The notes under the pieces are model-generated. The model was not told the origin of the DNA. It did no database searches and saw only the letters and a list, made by a program, of their open reading frames with translations. Below are positions 1 to 8,434 of a stretch of 64,000 nt of DNA, piece by piece. The position numbers and the translations under genes were made by a program. Source of the DNA: Eubacteriales bacterium (GTDB lineage Bacteria; Bacillota; Clostridia; Oscillospirales; QAKW01); contig JAZPYP010000082.1 of NCBI GenBank assembly GCA_045544255.1, positions 5,347 to 69,346 of the forward strand. The letters are read 5' to 3'. The first letter of the stretch is position 1. Each line of letters begins with the position of its first letter.

Positions 1-1235
1 AGGGTGGCGGAAAGCAGGCGGGAAACCAAAAAGGTCAGAAATATCCCCAAAAGAATGATCCCTGTTAGGCAAAGGGATGAAAGGAGCGATCCTCCCTTCC
101 CGCCAAAGCCCACAAAGAAAATAGAGATCAGCGCAATCAAAGTTGGAAATCGGCCATTGCAGGGCACAAAATTATTTGTTAATATTGCAATCAAGCGCTC
201 TCTTGGAGAATCGATGATGCGGCAGCCTGTAACCCCCACTGCATTGCAGCCAAAACCCATACACATGGTAAGCGCCTGCTTCCCGCAGGCCTTGCATTGC
301 CCAAAGGGCCGATCCAGATTATAGGCCACCCGCGGCAAAAATCCCATATCTTCCATCAGCGTGAAAAGCGGAAAAAAGATCGCCATGGGCGGCAGCATCA
401 CCGCCACTACCCAAGCAAGGGTGCGGTAGGCGCCCTCCACCAAAATTCCATGAAGCCAACGGGGCGCTCCCAACCCCAAAACCCAATCGGAGAGCACCTC
501 CTGAAATCCAAACAGCACCTTTCCAAGCCATGCAGAAGGATAATTGGCGCCTTCCATGGTGAGCCAAAAGATTGCCGCCAAAAAAAGAAGCATGATGGGA
601 TAGGCGGTCCATTTACCGGTGAGAATCCGATCGATTTTGCGATCCCGCCGATGGGGCTCGGCAGGGGCACGCACCACCTCTTTAGCAATTTTTTCCGCCT
701 GACGCATCAAAGGCTCCTCTTTCCTCTCAGGCCGCTCTTGAGGGGCATCGATCCATTGATCCATAGCCGAAAGAAGGGCGGCCCCACCGCTCTTTTTTCG
801 CCCCTCGATCATCACAACCGGTGCTCCCAAATGCTTGGAAAGGGCCTCCCCATCGATCGAGATCCCCTTGCGCTTTGCCTCATCTATCAAATTGACGCAA
901 ACCAGCACCTTTTTGCAAAGAGCCATGATCTGAAGCACCAAAAAAAGATTGCGCTCCAAGCAGGTGGCATCGCAAACCACCACAATGCCATCGGCGCCTC
1001 CCTCCTGAATAAAATCTCTTGCCACCGCTTCTTCAGGGGAATGGGCGAGAAGGGAATAAGTACCGGGAAGATCCACTAAAGTATAGTGATACTGCTCGGT
1101 GACGCACTCCCCTTTTGCCACCGCAACAGTCTTCCCTGTCCAATTTCCGGTATGCTGATGCAGACCGGTCAGTTGATTAAAAAGAGTGCTTTTTCCTACA
1201 TTCGGATTTCCCGCAAAGGCAATGATCCGCTCCAT
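1..1235 (-). CDS. feoB: Ferrous iron transporter FeoB, N-terminal ~411 codons (3' part lies beyond the left window edge)
   Basis: This minus frame (codon triplets starting at positions divisible by 3) has no ORF-track entry anywhere in 1-1235. That fits one open frame running off the window edge. My translation of 1141-1235 gives MERIIAFAGNPNVGKSTLFNQLTGLHQHTGNW, which contains the FeoB G-domain P-loop GNPNVGKST. The ATG at 1235 overlaps the feoA stop by 1 nt (TAATG). Confidence 0.9.
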   Translation of the reverse strand, partial: MERIIAFAGNPNVGKSTLFNQLTGLHQHTGNWTGKTVAVAKGECVTEQYHYTLVDLPGTYSLLAHSPEEAVARDFIQEGGADGIVVVCDATCLERNLFLVLQIMALCKKVLVCVNLIDEAKRKGISIDGEALSKHLGAPVVMIEGRKKSGGAALLSAMDQWIDAPQERPERKEEPLMRQAEKIAKEVVRAPAEPHRRDRKIDRILTGKWTAYPIMLLFLAAIFWLTMEGANYPSAWLGKVLFGFQEVLSDWVLGLGAPRWLHGILVEGAYRTLAWVVAVMLPPMAIFFPLFTLMEDMGFLPRVAYNLDRPFGQCKACGKQALTMCMGFGCNAVGVTGCRIIDSPRERLIAILTNNFVPCNGRFPTLIALISIFFVGFGGKGGSLLSSLCLTGIILLGIFLTFLVSRLLSAT

Positions 1236-1471
1236 TAATCCGCCTCCTCTGCAATAATATCTTTTGTATCCTTCCCGCGCAAGGCAATCACCGCGCCTCG
1301 GATCAAAAAGGCCGCGGGATCCCCCAAAGGAGCAATACCAACGCACTCCACCATTGTTCCCTCCAGCAAACCAATATCCTGCAATCGCGCGCGAATGCTC
1401 GGCGCGCAGGCGAGATTTTTTATAAAAAGCCGCTCTCCTACCGCGGCGTTCTTCAAGGCTTTTTCCATCAT
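1235..1471 (-). CDS. feoA: FeoA family iron transport protein (SH3-like)
   Basis: 78-aa ORF directly upstream of and overlapping feoB. The sequence (LFIKNL...RLQDIGLLEGTMVECV...PLGDPAAFLIRGAVIALRGKD) matches the FeoA pattern. Confidence 0.85.
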   Translation of the reverse strand: MMEKALKNAAVGERLFIKNLACAPSIRARLQDIGLLEGTMVECVGIAPLGDPAAFLIRGAVIALRGKDTKDIIAEEAD

Positions 1472-1609
1472 TCTTTTCCCCCTTTATCTCATTCTATTAA
1501 AAAAGGTTAAAGAATGTTAATCTTCCAAAGGGTTGCGATTTTTTTAAAAAGGGTGTATTATTATCATGAATAAATAGGGTAACAGAAGAAGAAGGAGGAG
1601 GATCTGCCC

Positions 1610-2791
1610 ATGGGAAAGCAGCATTGGATGCGCCCGCGGCATCGCCTGATCCGCAACCTTGCCTATTGCGTGCTTGCGCCGGTGGCTTGGTTGAAATTCG
1701 GCGCAAAAATTGAAAAATTCAAAGAGCAGGAAAAGCGCCCTTATCTGATCCTTTTAAATCATACCACTGCTTTTGACCAATTCTTTGTTGGCATGGCATT
1801 CAAAGGGCCGATTTATTATATGGCTACCGAGGATATTTTTTCCAAGGGCTGGATCTCTTCCCTGCTGCGCTTTGCCATTGCCCCGATCCCCATTAAAAAG
1901 CAGACCACCGATCTGCGGGCAGTTAAAACCTGCCTGAAGGTTGCAAAGGAGGGCGGCACCATCGCCATCGCTCCCGAAGGCAATCGTACTTATAGCGGGA
2001 AAACCGAATATATGAACCCCGCCATTGCGCCTTTGGCCAGAAAATTGGGGCTTCCTTTGGTGCTCTTTCGCATTGAAGGGGGATATGGAGTGCAGCCTCG
2101 CTGGAGCGATTGCATTCGCAAGGGGAAGATCCGCGCCTATGTTGGCAGGGTGGTGCAACCGGAAGAGTATGCGGGCCTTACCAATGAGGAGCTGATGGCC
2201 CTTATTGAAAAAGAGCTGATGGTGAATGATGCCAAGGCTGATGCCACCTATCGGCATAAAAACGCCGCCGAATATCTGGAGCGGGCTATTTATATCTGCC
2301 CCAAATGCGGCCTTTCCACCTTTGAAAGCCATGGAGATGCCATTGCCTGCAAAAAATGCGGCCTATCTGCCGGATATCTGCCCACCACCGAGCTGGAAGG
2401 GGTGCCCTACCGATTTGTAAACGATTGGTACGAGGCCCAAAAGAAATTTATCAATCAATTTGATTCCACCGCTCATACAGAGGTTCCCCTTTATGAGGAG
2501 AAGACAGATCTCTATGAAGTAATCGTCTATAAAAATAAAAAGCTGATCCAAAAAGATGCGCCCCTTATCCTTTATGGCAACCGCTTGATCCTGAATGGGA
2601 AAGAGCTCCCCTTTGATGCCCTCTCTGCCATCACTGTTTTGGGCCGCAATAAGCTCAATATCTATCATGATGGGCGGGTTTATCAGCTCAAGAGCGGCAA
2701 GCGGTTTAATGCCCTCAAATATGTGCAGCTCTTTCATCGGTATAAGAACATTGCAAAAGGAGAAGAAGATGGAGAATTTTTGGGATTATAG
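1610..2791 (+). CDS. PlsC-family (lysophospholipid) acyltransferase with a C-terminal zinc-ribbon-containing extension
   Basis: GAAGGAGGAGG RBS upstream of the ATG. HX4D acyltransferase motif NHTTAFD and the APEGNRT block are present. The C-terminal half carries CPKCG...CKKCG (a four-Cys ribbon) plus ~130 further residues. Confidence 0.7.
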   Translation: MGKQHWMRPRHRLIRNLAYCVLAPVAWLKFGAKIEKFKEQEKRPYLILLNHTTAFDQFFVGMAFKGPIYYMATEDIFSKGWISSLLRFAIAPIPIKKQTTDLRAVKTCLKVAKEGGTIAIAPEGNRTYSGKTEYMNPAIAPLARKLGLPLVLFRIEGGYGVQPRWSDCIRKGKIRAYVGRVVQPEEYAGLTNEELMALIEKELMVNDAKADATYRHKNAAEYLERAIYICPKCGLSTFESHGDAIACKKCGLSAGYLPTTELEGVPYRFVNDWYEAQKKFINQFDSTAHTEVPLYEEKTDLYEVIVYKNKKLIQKDAPLILYGNRLILNGKELPFDALSAITVLGRNKLNIYHDGRVYQLKSGKRFNALKYVQLFHRYKNIAKGEEDGEFLGL

Positions 2792-4145
2792 TGTATGGAG
2801 CACCTTTTTACTCATCGGCATTTTGCTTTCAAGCCTTTTAGTGGCCAATATTCTGAAGAAAAACATTCCGTTTATGCAGGATTCCCTGATCCCAACTTCT
2901 GTTTTGGGCGGCGGTGTCTTGCTGATCCTTTCGGGAATTATTAAGGCCATCACCGGCCAAACCCTTTTTGAAGCCGCCATCTTTGATGGCAGAGCCTACG
3001 GCACTCTGGAGATGCTGACCTATCATACCCTCGCTCTTGGCTTTATCGCCTCCACCTTTAAAAGCAGCGATCAAAAGCTTTCCAAAAAGCGGGCGACAGA
3101 AATCTTCAATACCGGTGTGAATACCGTTTCAACCTATCTTCTGCAAGCAGTGGTGGGCTTTGGCATCACCATTATCGCTTCCTTTATCTTAAAGGATTTC
3201 TTCAAGGCCGCAGGGGTTTTGCTCCCCTTTGGCTATGGGCAGGGCACCGGTCAGGCCATGAACTACGGCAACATTTATGAAACCGAGTTCGGCTTCTCCG
3301 GCGGCAAGAGCTTTGGGCTGACCATTGCGGCTCTCGGATTTTTGAGCGCCTCCATCGGCGGCGTGATCCATCTGAATATCTTAAAGCGCAAAGGGCTTTT
3401 GAAAAAGAGCGGCGAAAAAGATGCTCTGAATCGGGAGCAGATCGAAGCGGAAAATGAAATTCCCATGCAAGAGAGCATGGATAAGATGACGGTGCAGATC
3501 GCGCTGATCGCTGTGGCTTATATCCTTTCTTATGGTTTGATGGTTGCGCTGGGGGCGCTGCTGCCGGGCATGAAATCGGTGATCTTCGGATTCAATTTCC
3601 TTCTCGGCGTTTTGGCGGCCACTCTGGTGAAATTCATTTTGAACCTTCTTAAAAAGATGAATTGGCGCAAAAAGGAATATACCAACGACTTTTTGATGAC
3701 CCGCGCTTCCAATTTCTTCTTCGACCTGATGGTTGTGGCAGGCATCGCCGCTATCCGCCTTGATGTTTTGGAAAAGTATTGGGGCATCATGCTGATTCTT
3801 GGAGTGGTTGGTTTGGCGATCACCTATATCTATAACCGCATTACCGCAAAAGCGCTCTTCCGCGAATATGAGCAGGAGCAATTTTTAACCATGTATGGCA
3901 TGCTGACCGGCACCGCCTCCACCGGCATCATCTTGCTTCGGGAGATCGATGGCGATTTTAAAACGCCCGCCTCTGATAATCTGGTTTATCAAAATTTCCC
4001 CGCCATTGTATTCGGCTTTCCCATGATGCTGCTGGCAACCCTTGCCCCTCAAAAGCCCTATCTCACCTTGCTCATTCTCGCCCTCTTCTTTATTGCGATG
4101 AATATCATCCTCTTCCGCTCCTTTATCTTTAGGAAAAAGAAATAA
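2769..4145 (+). CDS. Sodium/glutamate symporter (GltS/ESS family)-like membrane transporter
   Basis: The ORF-track entry starts at 2595 inside the previous gene. The in-frame ATG at 2769 (MENFWDYSVW...) begins the hydrophobic protein. GYGQGTGQAMNYG and LTGTASTGIILLREI resemble the two GltS signature loops. Multi-pass membrane protein. Confidence 0.6.
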   Translation: MENFWDYSVWSTFLLIGILLSSLLVANILKKNIPFMQDSLIPTSVLGGGVLLILSGIIKAITGQTLFEAAIFDGRAYGTLEMLTYHTLALGFIASTFKSSDQKLSKKRATEIFNTGVNTVSTYLLQAVVGFGITIIASFILKDFFKAAGVLLPFGYGQGTGQAMNYGNIYETEFGFSGGKSFGLTIAALGFLSASIGGVIHLNILKRKGLLKKSGEKDALNREQIEAENEIPMQESMDKMTVQIALIAVAYILSYGLMVALGALLPGMKSVIFGFNFLLGVLAATLVKFILNLLKKMNWRKKEYTNDFLMTRASNFFFDLMVVAGIAAIRLDVLEKYWGIMLILGVVGLAITYIYNRITAKALFREYEQEQFLTMYGMLTGTASTGIILLREIDGDFKTPASDNLVYQNFPAIVFGFPMMLLATLAPQKPYLTLLILALFFIAMNIILFRSFIFRKKK

Positions 4146-4150
4146 AACCG

Positions 4151-4186
4151 ATCCCCAAAGCCAACTGCGGTTTTGGGGATTTTTTA
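4151..4186 (+). terminator. Rho-independent terminator after the GltS-like gene
   Basis: Stem ATCCCCAAA / TTTGGGGAT (4151-4159 / 4172-4180) followed by TTTTTT. Confidence 0.75.
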
Positions 4187-4240
4187 TTGAAAAAATAAAA
4201 GGCCTATGGTAAAATATCCCTTTGGAAGGAGGGATTTTCA

Positions 4241-5542
4241 ATGATTTTTTCGGTTACAATCGGAATACTGACCTGCGCCATGCTGATTTTATTGGTTTTT
4301 ATTAAGCCTTCGGTAAAGATCGGCCATGAGCAGATCAGCATTTATTGGCTCCCTCCCCTATTCGGTGCCCTTGCGCTGACCTTCGGCGGCGCTCTTTCCT
4401 TTAAGGAGGTCTTTATCGGGCTGACCGCATCGGGCGAGATGAACCCCATTAAAATTTTGATCCTCTTCTTTTCCATGACGCTGATCTCGGTCTTTCTTGA
4501 TTGCGCAGGCTTCTTTCGCTATCTTGCAGAGAAGATCCTGGGAAGAGCGGGCAGCAGCCAAAGGGTGCTCTTTTTCACCCTTTATATCACTGTTTCGATC
4601 CTCACGATCTTTACCTCCAACGACATTATTGTTTTAACCTTTACCCCCTTTATCTGCTATTTCACGCGGCAGGCGAAGATCGATCCCCTGCCCTATCTTT
4701 TCTGCGAATTTATTGCCGCCAATACTTGGAGCATGCTGCTGATCATCGGCAACCCCACCAATATCTATCTTGCCACCGGCGCCGAGGTTTCCTTCTTTGC
4801 CTATCTGAAGGCTATGGCCCTGCCCACCCTTTTTGCAGGGCTCGGCTCTCTTTTGATCCTTTGGCTTCTTTTTAAAAAGAAGCTCTCTGCCCCTCTCTCC
4901 CATCAGGAATCCTCTGTTTTAAAATTGGATCGGCCGTTGGTGGGGATCGGGCTTTTGCATCTCTTGCTCTGCATCTCTTTTTTGGTGCTCTCTTCCTATA
5001 TTGATCTGCCCATGTGGATCATTGCTTTTATCGCTTTTTTGAGCCTTTTTATCTCGGCTTTTATCTATCTTCTTTGCCGCAATCGCCGCCCTGTGATTTT
5101 AATCGAGGCCATCAAGCGCGCCCCCTTCGAGATGGCGCCCTTTATCCTATCCATGTTCACCCTTGTTCTGGCCTTGGAAAAATACGGTGTTACCCACCGG
5201 ATCGCCGATACTCTTTCTGCGCTGCCCGCTTCATGGAGCTTTGGCATCGGCTCTTTTCTCTCGGCCAATCTGATGAATAATATTCCCATGAGCGTTCTCT
5301 TTTCGGGGATCTGCCAAAATCTTGATAGCGCCATCAAGCCTGCCGCGCTCTTTGCATCGGTCATCGGCTCCAATCTCGGCGCCTTCTGCACCCCGCTTGG
5401 GGCTTTGGCAGGGATTATGTGGATGCAGCTGCTCTCGGCTCAGGGAATCAAGCTTTCTTTTGCCCGCTTTTCCCGCTATGGGGCGCTGATCGCCGCCCCC
5501 ACCCTGATTTTTGCAATTTTGGGGTTGATTTTGAGTATTTGA
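4241..5542 (+). CDS. ArsB/NhaD-superfamily permease (SLC13/citrate-transporter-like anion permease)
   Basis: GGAAGGAGGG RBS. 433-aa polytopic membrane protein with GNPTNIY and SNLGAFCTPLG motifs typical of ArsB/NhaD permeases. Confidence 0.65.
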   Translation: MIFSVTIGILTCAMLILLVFIKPSVKIGHEQISIYWLPPLFGALALTFGGALSFKEVFIGLTASGEMNPIKILILFFSMTLISVFLDCAGFFRYLAEKILGRAGSSQRVLFFTLYITVSILTIFTSNDIIVLTFTPFICYFTRQAKIDPLPYLFCEFIAANTWSMLLIIGNPTNIYLATGAEVSFFAYLKAMALPTLFAGLGSLLILWLLFKKKLSAPLSHQESSVLKLDRPLVGIGLLHLLLCISFLVLSSYIDLPMWIIAFIAFLSLFISAFIYLLCRNRRPVILIEAIKRAPFEMAPFILSMFTLVLALEKYGVTHRIADTLSALPASWSFGIGSFLSANLMNNIPMSVLFSGICQNLDSAIKPAALFASVIGSNLGAFCTPLGALAGIMWMQLLSAQGIKLSFARFSRYGALIAAPTLIFAILGLILSI

Positions 5543-5553
5543 TCTTATATAAT
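5525..5553 (+). promoter_or_regulatory. Candidate sigma-A promoter of the hyd maturase operon
   Basis: TTGATT (5525-5530), 17-nt spacer, TATAAT (5548-5553). Overlaps the 3' end of the preceding permease gene. Confidence 0.45.
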
Positions 5554-5641
5554 AAAGATAGAAAACATCATCTGACGAGAAAGATCCGTCTGACTCGAAA
5601 GGGAGGATATAGAGAAACCCGAAAAGCGGGTCTTTTTGGCT

Positions 5642-5668
5642 ATGCTCCCTTAAAAGGGAGCATTTTTT
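5642..5668 (+). terminator. Intrinsic terminator hairpin inside the hyd operon leader (possible attenuator)
   Basis: Stem ATGCTCCC / GGGAGCAT (5642-5649 / 5656-5663) plus T5. It ends 18 nt before the start codon of the TM1266-like gene. A weaker hairpin plus T-run lies at 5613-5637. Confidence 0.65.
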
Positions 5669-5686
5669 ATTGGAGGATTTAAAACA

Positions 5687-5947
5687 ATGGAAAATCGCAT
5701 CGCCCTATTGGGGCTTGTTGTGGAAGAAGCGGAGGCGGCGGAGCCCCTCAATGCTCTCTTGCATGAATATAAAGACTATATTGTTGGCCGCATGGGAATC
5801 CCCTATCGGGAGCGGGGGATCAGCCTGATCAGCATTGTGATCGATGGGCCGGGGGATATCATCAATTCCCTCTCCGGCAAGGCAGGGCAGCTAAAGGGCA
5901 TCTCGGCCAAAACCCTTTATGCCAAGCTCCCCGAGGAAAAGCAATGA
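5687..5947 (+). CDS. TM1266-family putative iron-only hydrogenase system regulator (ACT-like small protein)
   Basis: 86 aa, MENRIALLGLVVEE...YIVGRMGIPYRERGISLISIVIDGP. Overlaps the hydE start (ATGA). Position directly before hydE/G/F is typical of this family (TIGR03959, recalled from memory). Confidence 0.7.
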   Translation: MENRIALLGLVVEEAEAAEPLNALLHEYKDYIVGRMGIPYRERGISLISIVIDGPGDIINSLSGKAGQLKGISAKTLYAKLPEEKQ

Positions 5948-7011
5948 AAGCCCTCATTGATAAGCTTGAAAAAAATCGCATATTGACCGAAGAAGAGTTC
6001 ATCGCCCTGATCGAGGGGCGCAATGAGCAGGATGCCGAATATCTCTTTGCCCGCGCAAGAGAAGCGCGCCATCGGATCTATGGCAAGGATATCTTTATCC
6101 GCGGGCTGATTGAATTTACCAATTTTTGCAAAAATGATTGCTATTATTGCGGCATTCGCTGCTCCAACCGCAAAGCGGAGCGCTATCGGCTCTCGGAAGA
6201 AGAAATTCTTCTTTGCTGCGAGAAGGGCTATGAGCTGGGCTATCGCACCTTTGTGCTCCAAGGGGGGGAGGATCCAAAATATACCCCCGATCGAATCGCT
6301 TGCCTTATAAAAATCATTAAGGCGCGCCATCCCGATTGCGCCATTACCCTCTCTTTCGGGGAGCATGATAAAGAAACCTATCGCCTATGGAAAGAAGCCG
6401 GCGCGGATCGGTATCTTTTGCGGCATGAAACTGCCGATGAAGATCATTATCGCGCCCTGCACCCCCAAAGCCTCACTCTGAAAAATCGCAAAGAATGCCT
6501 CTATGCCCTGAAGGATTTGGGCTATCAGGTGGGATGCGGGTTCATGGTGGGCTCCCCTCATCAAACCGCCGCCACCATTGCAAAGGATCTGCTCTTTATC
6601 CATGAACTGCAGCCTCAAATGGTGGGGATCGGGCCCTTTATCCCCCATCGGGATACCCCCTTTGCCAAAGAGCCCCAAGGGGATCTTTTCCTCACCCTTT
6701 ATCTTTTGGCCATTGTTCGATTACTGCTTCCCGCGGTGCTGCTCCCTGCCACCACCGCCCTTGGCTCTATCCATCCGGAAGGGCGGGAAAAGGGAATTTT
6801 AGCAGGCGCTAATGTATGTATGCCCAATTTATCACCGGAAGGTGTTCGGGATAAATATTCATTATATAATAATAAGCTTTCCACCGGCAGCGAGGATGCT
6901 TTGCAAAAAAGCGCCCTTGCAAAGCAGATGGAAAGAATCGGCTATCAATTAGTCGTTGATCGGGGAGACCCAAAGTTACACCCCAAGAAAGGAGAACAAA
7001 CCAATGTATGA
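5944..7011 (+). CDS. hydE: [FeFe]-hydrogenase H-cluster radical SAM maturase HydE
   Basis: Radical SAM motif CKNDCYYCGIR, biotin-synthase-like fold motifs, and operon context with hydG and hydF. Confidence 0.9.
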   Translation: MKALIDKLEKNRILTEEEFIALIEGRNEQDAEYLFARAREARHRIYGKDIFIRGLIEFTNFCKNDCYYCGIRCSNRKAERYRLSEEEILLCCEKGYELGYRTFVLQGGEDPKYTPDRIACLIKIIKARHPDCAITLSFGEHDKETYRLWKEAGADRYLLRHETADEDHYRALHPQSLTLKNRKECLYALKDLGYQVGCGFMVGSPHQTAATIAKDLLFIHELQPQMVGIGPFIPHRDTPFAKEPQGDLFLTLYLLAIVRLLLPAVLLPATTALGSIHPEGREKGILAGANVCMPNLSPEGVRDKYSLYNNKLSTGSEDALQKSALAKQMERIGYQLVVDRGDPKLHPKKGEQTNV

Positions 7012-8419
7012 CGTAAAAAGTAAAAACGCGGTTGATTTTATCAATCATGAAGAGATCGAGGCGACTCTCGCCTATGCCGATGCCCATAAGACCGATGGGG
7101 CGCTGATCGATGAAATTTTGGAAAAGGCAAAGCTGCGCAAGGGCCTTACCCATCGGGAAGCAAGCGTGCTCCTTGCCTGCGAGCTGGAGGATAAAAATCA
7201 AGAGATCTTTGCTTTGGCCAAGGCCATTAAGCAGGAATTCTACGGCAACCGCATTGTGATGTTTGCGCCCCTTTACCTTTCCAATTATTGCATCAATGGT
7301 TGCCTCTATTGCCCCTACCATGCCAAGAATAAGCATATCCCCCGCAAAAAACTTACCCAAGAAGAAATCAAGGCAGAGGTGATCGCCCTGCAGGATATGG
7401 GCCATAAGCGCCTTGCCCTTGAGGCAGGGGAAGATCCCAAAAATAATCCTTTGGAATATATTTTGGAATCCATCAAAACCATCTATTCCATTAAGCATAA
7501 AAACGGAGCCATTCGGCGGGTTAATGTGAATATTGCGGCCACTACTGTTGAAAACTATCGCAAATTAAAAGAAGCCGGCATCGGCACCTATATTCTTTTC
7601 CAAGAAACCTACCATAAAGAAAGCTATGAGCGGCTTCATCCCACCGGCCCCAAGAGCAATTATGCCTACCATACCGAGGCCCATGATCGCGCCATGGAAG
7701 GCGGGATCGATGATGTGGGGCTGGGAGTGCTCTTTGGATTGGAGCTTTATCGCTATGAATTTGCAGGGCTCCTGATGCATGCGGAGCATCTGGAGGCCGC
7801 CTTCGGCGTTGGCCCCCATACCATCAGCGTTCCCAGAGTTTGCCCTGCCGATGATATCGATCCCGATTCCTTCGATAATGGCATCTCTGATGAAATTTTC
7901 CAAAAGATCGTTGCCTGCATTCGGGTGGCAGTGCCCTATACCGGCATGATCATCTCCACCAGAGAAAGCGCCAAAACAAGAGCAAAGCTTTTGGAGCTGG
8001 GCGTTTCCCAGATCAGCGGCGGCAGCCGCACCAGCGTTGGGGGCTATACCTGCGAGGAGCGGGAGGATGAGACCTCTCAATTTGATGTTTCCGACCGCCG
8101 CACCCTTGATGAAGTGGTGCGTTGGCTGATGGAACTTGGGCATCTGCCCTCTTTCTGCACCGCCTGCTATCGGGAGGGGCGGACCGGAGATCGGTTTATG
8201 CAGCTTTGCAAATCCGGCCAGATCCATAATTGCTGCCTTCCCAACGCCCTGATGACCTTGCAGGAATACTTAATGGACTATGCCTCCCCCGAAACCCGCG
8301 CCATCGGCGAAAAGCTGATTCGGGAGCAGATGCAGGATATTCCCAAGGAAAAGGTGCGCGAGATTGTGAATGAGCGCCTTGAAAAGATCGCTGCCGGCGA
8401 GCGGGATTTCCGCTTCTGA
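7004..8419 (+). CDS. hydG: [FeFe]-hydrogenase H-cluster radical SAM maturase HydG (tyrosine lyase)
   Basis: Start re-set to the ATG at 7004 (AAGGAGA RBS; MYDVKSKNAVDFINHEEIE). CINGCLYCPY radical SAM motif and a C-terminal Cys cluster (CTACYREGRTGDRFMQLC). The ThiH-like length fits. Confidence 0.9.
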   Translation: MYDVKSKNAVDFINHEEIEATLAYADAHKTDGALIDEILEKAKLRKGLTHREASVLLACELEDKNQEIFALAKAIKQEFYGNRIVMFAPLYLSNYCINGCLYCPYHAKNKHIPRKKLTQEEIKAEVIALQDMGHKRLALEAGEDPKNNPLEYILESIKTIYSIKHKNGAIRRVNVNIAATTVENYRKLKEAGIGTYILFQETYHKESYERLHPTGPKSNYAYHTEAHDRAMEGGIDDVGLGVLFGLELYRYEFAGLLMHAEHLEAAFGVGPHTISVPRVCPADDIDPDSFDNGISDEIFQKIVACIRVAVPYTGMIISTRESAKTRAKLLELGVSQISGGSRTSVGGYTCEEREDETSQFDVSDRRTLDEVVRWLMELGHLPSFCTACYREGRTGDRFMQLCKSGQIHNCCLPNALMTLQEYLMDYASPETRAIGEKLIREQMQDIPKEKVREIVNERLEKIAAGERDFRF

Positions 8420-8434
8420 AATAGGGGTGGCGCT

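Noticed and set aside
1555-1577. Fur-box-like AT-rich sequence (TATTATTATCATGAATAAAT) in the feoA/acyltransferase divergent region
   Set aside because: Only one half-site resembles TGATAAT. There is no convincing 7-1-7 or 19-bp palindrome, and it lies ~60 nt upstream of the predicted feoA -35 box. The evidence is too weak to call.
2595-2768. N-terminal extensions and 'M' starts given in the ORF track (for example 2595, 6956, 20685, 21304, 22661, 24787, 26912, 32102, 35163, 40266, 41593, 42208, 50406)
   Set aside because: Several of these are TTG codons rendered as M, or they lie inside the preceding gene. In each case an internal ATG or GTG has a clear Shine-Dalgarno sequence and a family-typical N-terminus, and I used that as the start.
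5572-5600. Hammerhead-ribozyme-like core (CTGACGAG ... CGAAA) in the hyd leader
   Set aside because: The sequence between the two boxes (AAAGATCCGTCTGACT) cannot form the required stem II. No stem I or stem III partners are evident either. Treated as a chance match.
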